Part shown: piece by piece, positions 61,831 to 64,000 of the stretch | How the letters are laid out: the number at the start of each line of letters is the position of its first letter | How positions within the stretch are numbered: position 1 is the stretch's first letter | Program-made: the position numbers and the translations under genes | NCBI RefSeq assembly: GCF_009834535.1 | Contig: NC_045696.1 | Location: 1,426,001 to 1,490,000, forward strand | Direction: 5' to 3' | Origin: Camelus ferus | Lineage: Eukaryota | Length of the DNA: 64,000 bases | The notes under the pieces: generated by a model | What the model saw: the letters and a program-made list of their open reading frames with translations, nothing else | The model's database searches: none | Told to the model about the DNA's origin: nothing

Positions 61831-63960
61831 GGACCGCAAGGCCTTGGTGTTCCCTGGACCCTGCCACGTGCCCGGCGGGGGCGGTACGAGTTGACCCTTC
61901 TGTCGCCTGAGGGAGCCCGCGGCCCGCCTGGGTTTCTCGGGAGGAGCTGGGGCACAGCGGGCCCGCAGGCAGGGGTGCGGGGATGGGGGGACTCCCAGCG
62001 CCGGTGCTGCCCCTGGACTCCGAGCCCCTTCAGCCTCCAAGGGGTGTGGACCGCGCAGGAGCCATATGAAGACCTCCGCGTGGGTCGCGGGGTCCTAGGC
62101 AGCCGCAGAAGGATGGCTTCCAGGAGAGCCTCGGGGCGCACATCCCAGCCACTCATCACTGTCCGCCGGGTCCTTGAGGATCTCCGCAAGGACTTCCCTA
62201 CGAAGCGCCAGCACTGCTCTCCAGTGTCCCAGACCCCACCAGGCTGAGCGTTAGAGCCGACTGCGTCCCGAGAGCAGGGCTGCTGATGCCTGGCTCGACC
62301 CCCTGCTCCTCCCAGTGCAGCGGCTTCTCGGGCCGGGAACACCCGCGGGGCGCGGCCGCGCTGGGCCGTGGAGCTCCACAGCCCGCTGCATCCCAGCCCT
62401 GGGCCAGCGCCCTCACCCCACACCTCTGGATGTGCCCTGTGTCGGGACTTCCTCCCTGGGGTGGTCGCGGAGGCTGCTCCAGCCTCCCGCGTGCAGCGCC
62501 CGGCCTGGTGAACGAGACTCCGGGCAAGCCTTCCCAGGCCCTCCTCAACGCCCAGATGCGTCCTCGCCCGGCCACACTCCTCCTCCCTCGGGCCCTGCCT
62601 GACCTGAGTCCGGGTCTCGGGAACGCCAGGCCTTTCCCCGGGAGTGGAGATCTGGTCACGCACCCAGGGAGACGGCCGGGCTGGGAGGTGCAATGTAGGA
62701 ACTTCTGAACCTCGCTTTCTCCAGCTCTGCCCTGGGGTTGCCGTGGGGGTTCTTTGAGGACTGACTGGGAAAACACCAGGAAGCGCCTGCAGGCAGCCGT
62801 GCTTAGGTTCCAGTGGCTCCCAGCCCGAGGGAGCAAACGCGGCAGAGTCTGCGGCTCAGGGCAGGGTGTCAGGCTGGGCGCTCGGGCCTTGGGATGTCTG
62901 AGCCTGGCTGGGGCAAAGGAAGTTCCGAGTGTGACCGCAGACCTTCCCGCCCCGCGTCGCTGCCCCCGGGCGGTGCAGAGGGAAGGCGGCTCCCCTCCCT
63001 CCGCGCATCTTCGGGCGCCTCGCGAGCGCCCCTGAGGAAGCGGCTCCGGGAAGGAGGCACCACACTCAGCGGCGTGCGGCTGAGACCTGGCCCAGCCTCA
63101 CCGCGGAGTGGACTCCGTCCACCGGCTACAGATTGGGAGACTGAGGCCTGCGCAAAGTCCCGCCGCCCGCCTTCAGGTCTGGTGCGGGAAGGGGCGCGCA
63201 GGCCACCCCGTGACCGCTTCTGGGAGACCCGGCGGGCGGAGCGGGTGAGCGGCTGCGGGTCAGGGGAAGAGGGTCGCCAGCGCCGCGTGGACGCGTTGGC
63301 ACCGGGAGCAGCTGCCTCTCGGTCGTACGCGGGAAGGGAAGGACTCGGTCCTGGCATCCTCAGGCCCGGCGGAGGGGACGTGGCGCGCTGTGCTCCTGGG
63401 CACCTCTGTCCCCATAACCTGCAGTGGTTAGTTTTGGTTCAGGGACGTTGGGACTAAAAATGATCGGTTTGGGCTTCTGCGAGGCCGTTTGTCGTCCGAG
63501 CATCTCCAGAATGGGACGATTTCTGGGAACCGGGCTCGCGCGCCTCCCTCTTGGCTCTGGGTCAGAGTGGTGGTGCCCAACCTGTGCACCTCTGCCCGCA
63601 CCGCCGCCGTTTTGGCGGGTCCTGCCCGTCCGCGCTAAGCAATAGGACAGGAAGGCCTGCTGCAAACTGCTCGGGGTGTGGAGTTCCTGCGCTGGGAAAC
63701 CTTGGAGTAAAATCATGCACCCTAAACGCGGTCGCCTGGTTTGACTGGAAGGAAGCAGTGAGAGAGGGACGGGAGGAAGAGGCTTGGGGAGGAGGTTACC
63801 CCGAGGCGATTTCGGCTTTATTCTGCGGGGTCGGGGCTTGGCGGGGCCCTTGCAACCGCCCCCATGGCGGCCCTGGCCCGTCGCCCTCCAGGGCCGCCCC
63901 CTGGCCCGCACCCCACTTCTGGCATGCTCCTTTCCCTCCCCAGCTAGGTAGAGAGCCCGC
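61830..63960. promoter_or_regulatory. Second CpG island, probable promoter of a plus-strand transcript
   Basis: ~2 kb CpG-dense; inverted CCAAT (attgg 63132-63136); candidate first-exon donor CGG|GTGAGC at 63244/63245. Confidence 0.6.
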
Positions 63961-64000
63961 TGCCAGGGGTTGGGTCTTTTTTGTTTTGTGGTGTCATTTA

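Noticed and set aside
61731..63911. ORFs in the right-hand CpG island (320, 212, 214 aa) as ITGB2 or C21orf67-like coding sequence
   Set aside because: No integrin-like signal peptide or cysteine pattern and no similarity I can recognise; typical CpG-island ORFs
1..64000. Prokaryote-type systems (CRISPR arrays, operons, defence islands), rRNA, snoRNA or miRNA genes
   Set aside because: The sequence is mammalian. I saw no regularly spaced repeat-spacer arrays and no recognisable structured-RNA genes; a covariance-model (Rfam) search would be needed to exclude small RNAs.

Overview
GC-rich mammalian genomic DNA, most likely a camelid, judged from two tRNA-Ala-derived Vic-1-type SINEs and young artiodactyl-type L1 3' ends. 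The only protein-coding gene I can support is SLX9 (FAM207A/C21orf70) on the minus strand. I assembled six coding exons by hand (57684-57547, 53286-53178, 41626-41558, 35320-35170, 30844-30776, 29612-29492). All introns are GT-AG with compatible phases, giving a 657-nt CDS and a 218-aa protein, with a CpG-island promoter and several downstream poly(A) signals. By recalled synteny with human chr21q22.3, ITGB2 should lie beyond the right end and ADARB1 beyond the left; neither is visible here. The rest is nested L1 relics, LTRs (a MER41-like ERV1 solo LTR with an intact 4-bp TSD, three MLT1 LTRs, one MER34/39-like LTR), SINEs, a hAT MITE and orphan CpG islands. Nearly all ORFs in the supplied track look like chance products of high GC content. 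I found no convincing new biological system. The best leads are a candidate distal terminal exon in frame with SLX9 exon 5, the composite MER41-like LTR, strongly GC-shifted L1 relics, and a second CpG-island promoter with a first-exon donor. Repeat family names come from recalled consensus sequences and need confirming with RepeatMasker/Dfam.
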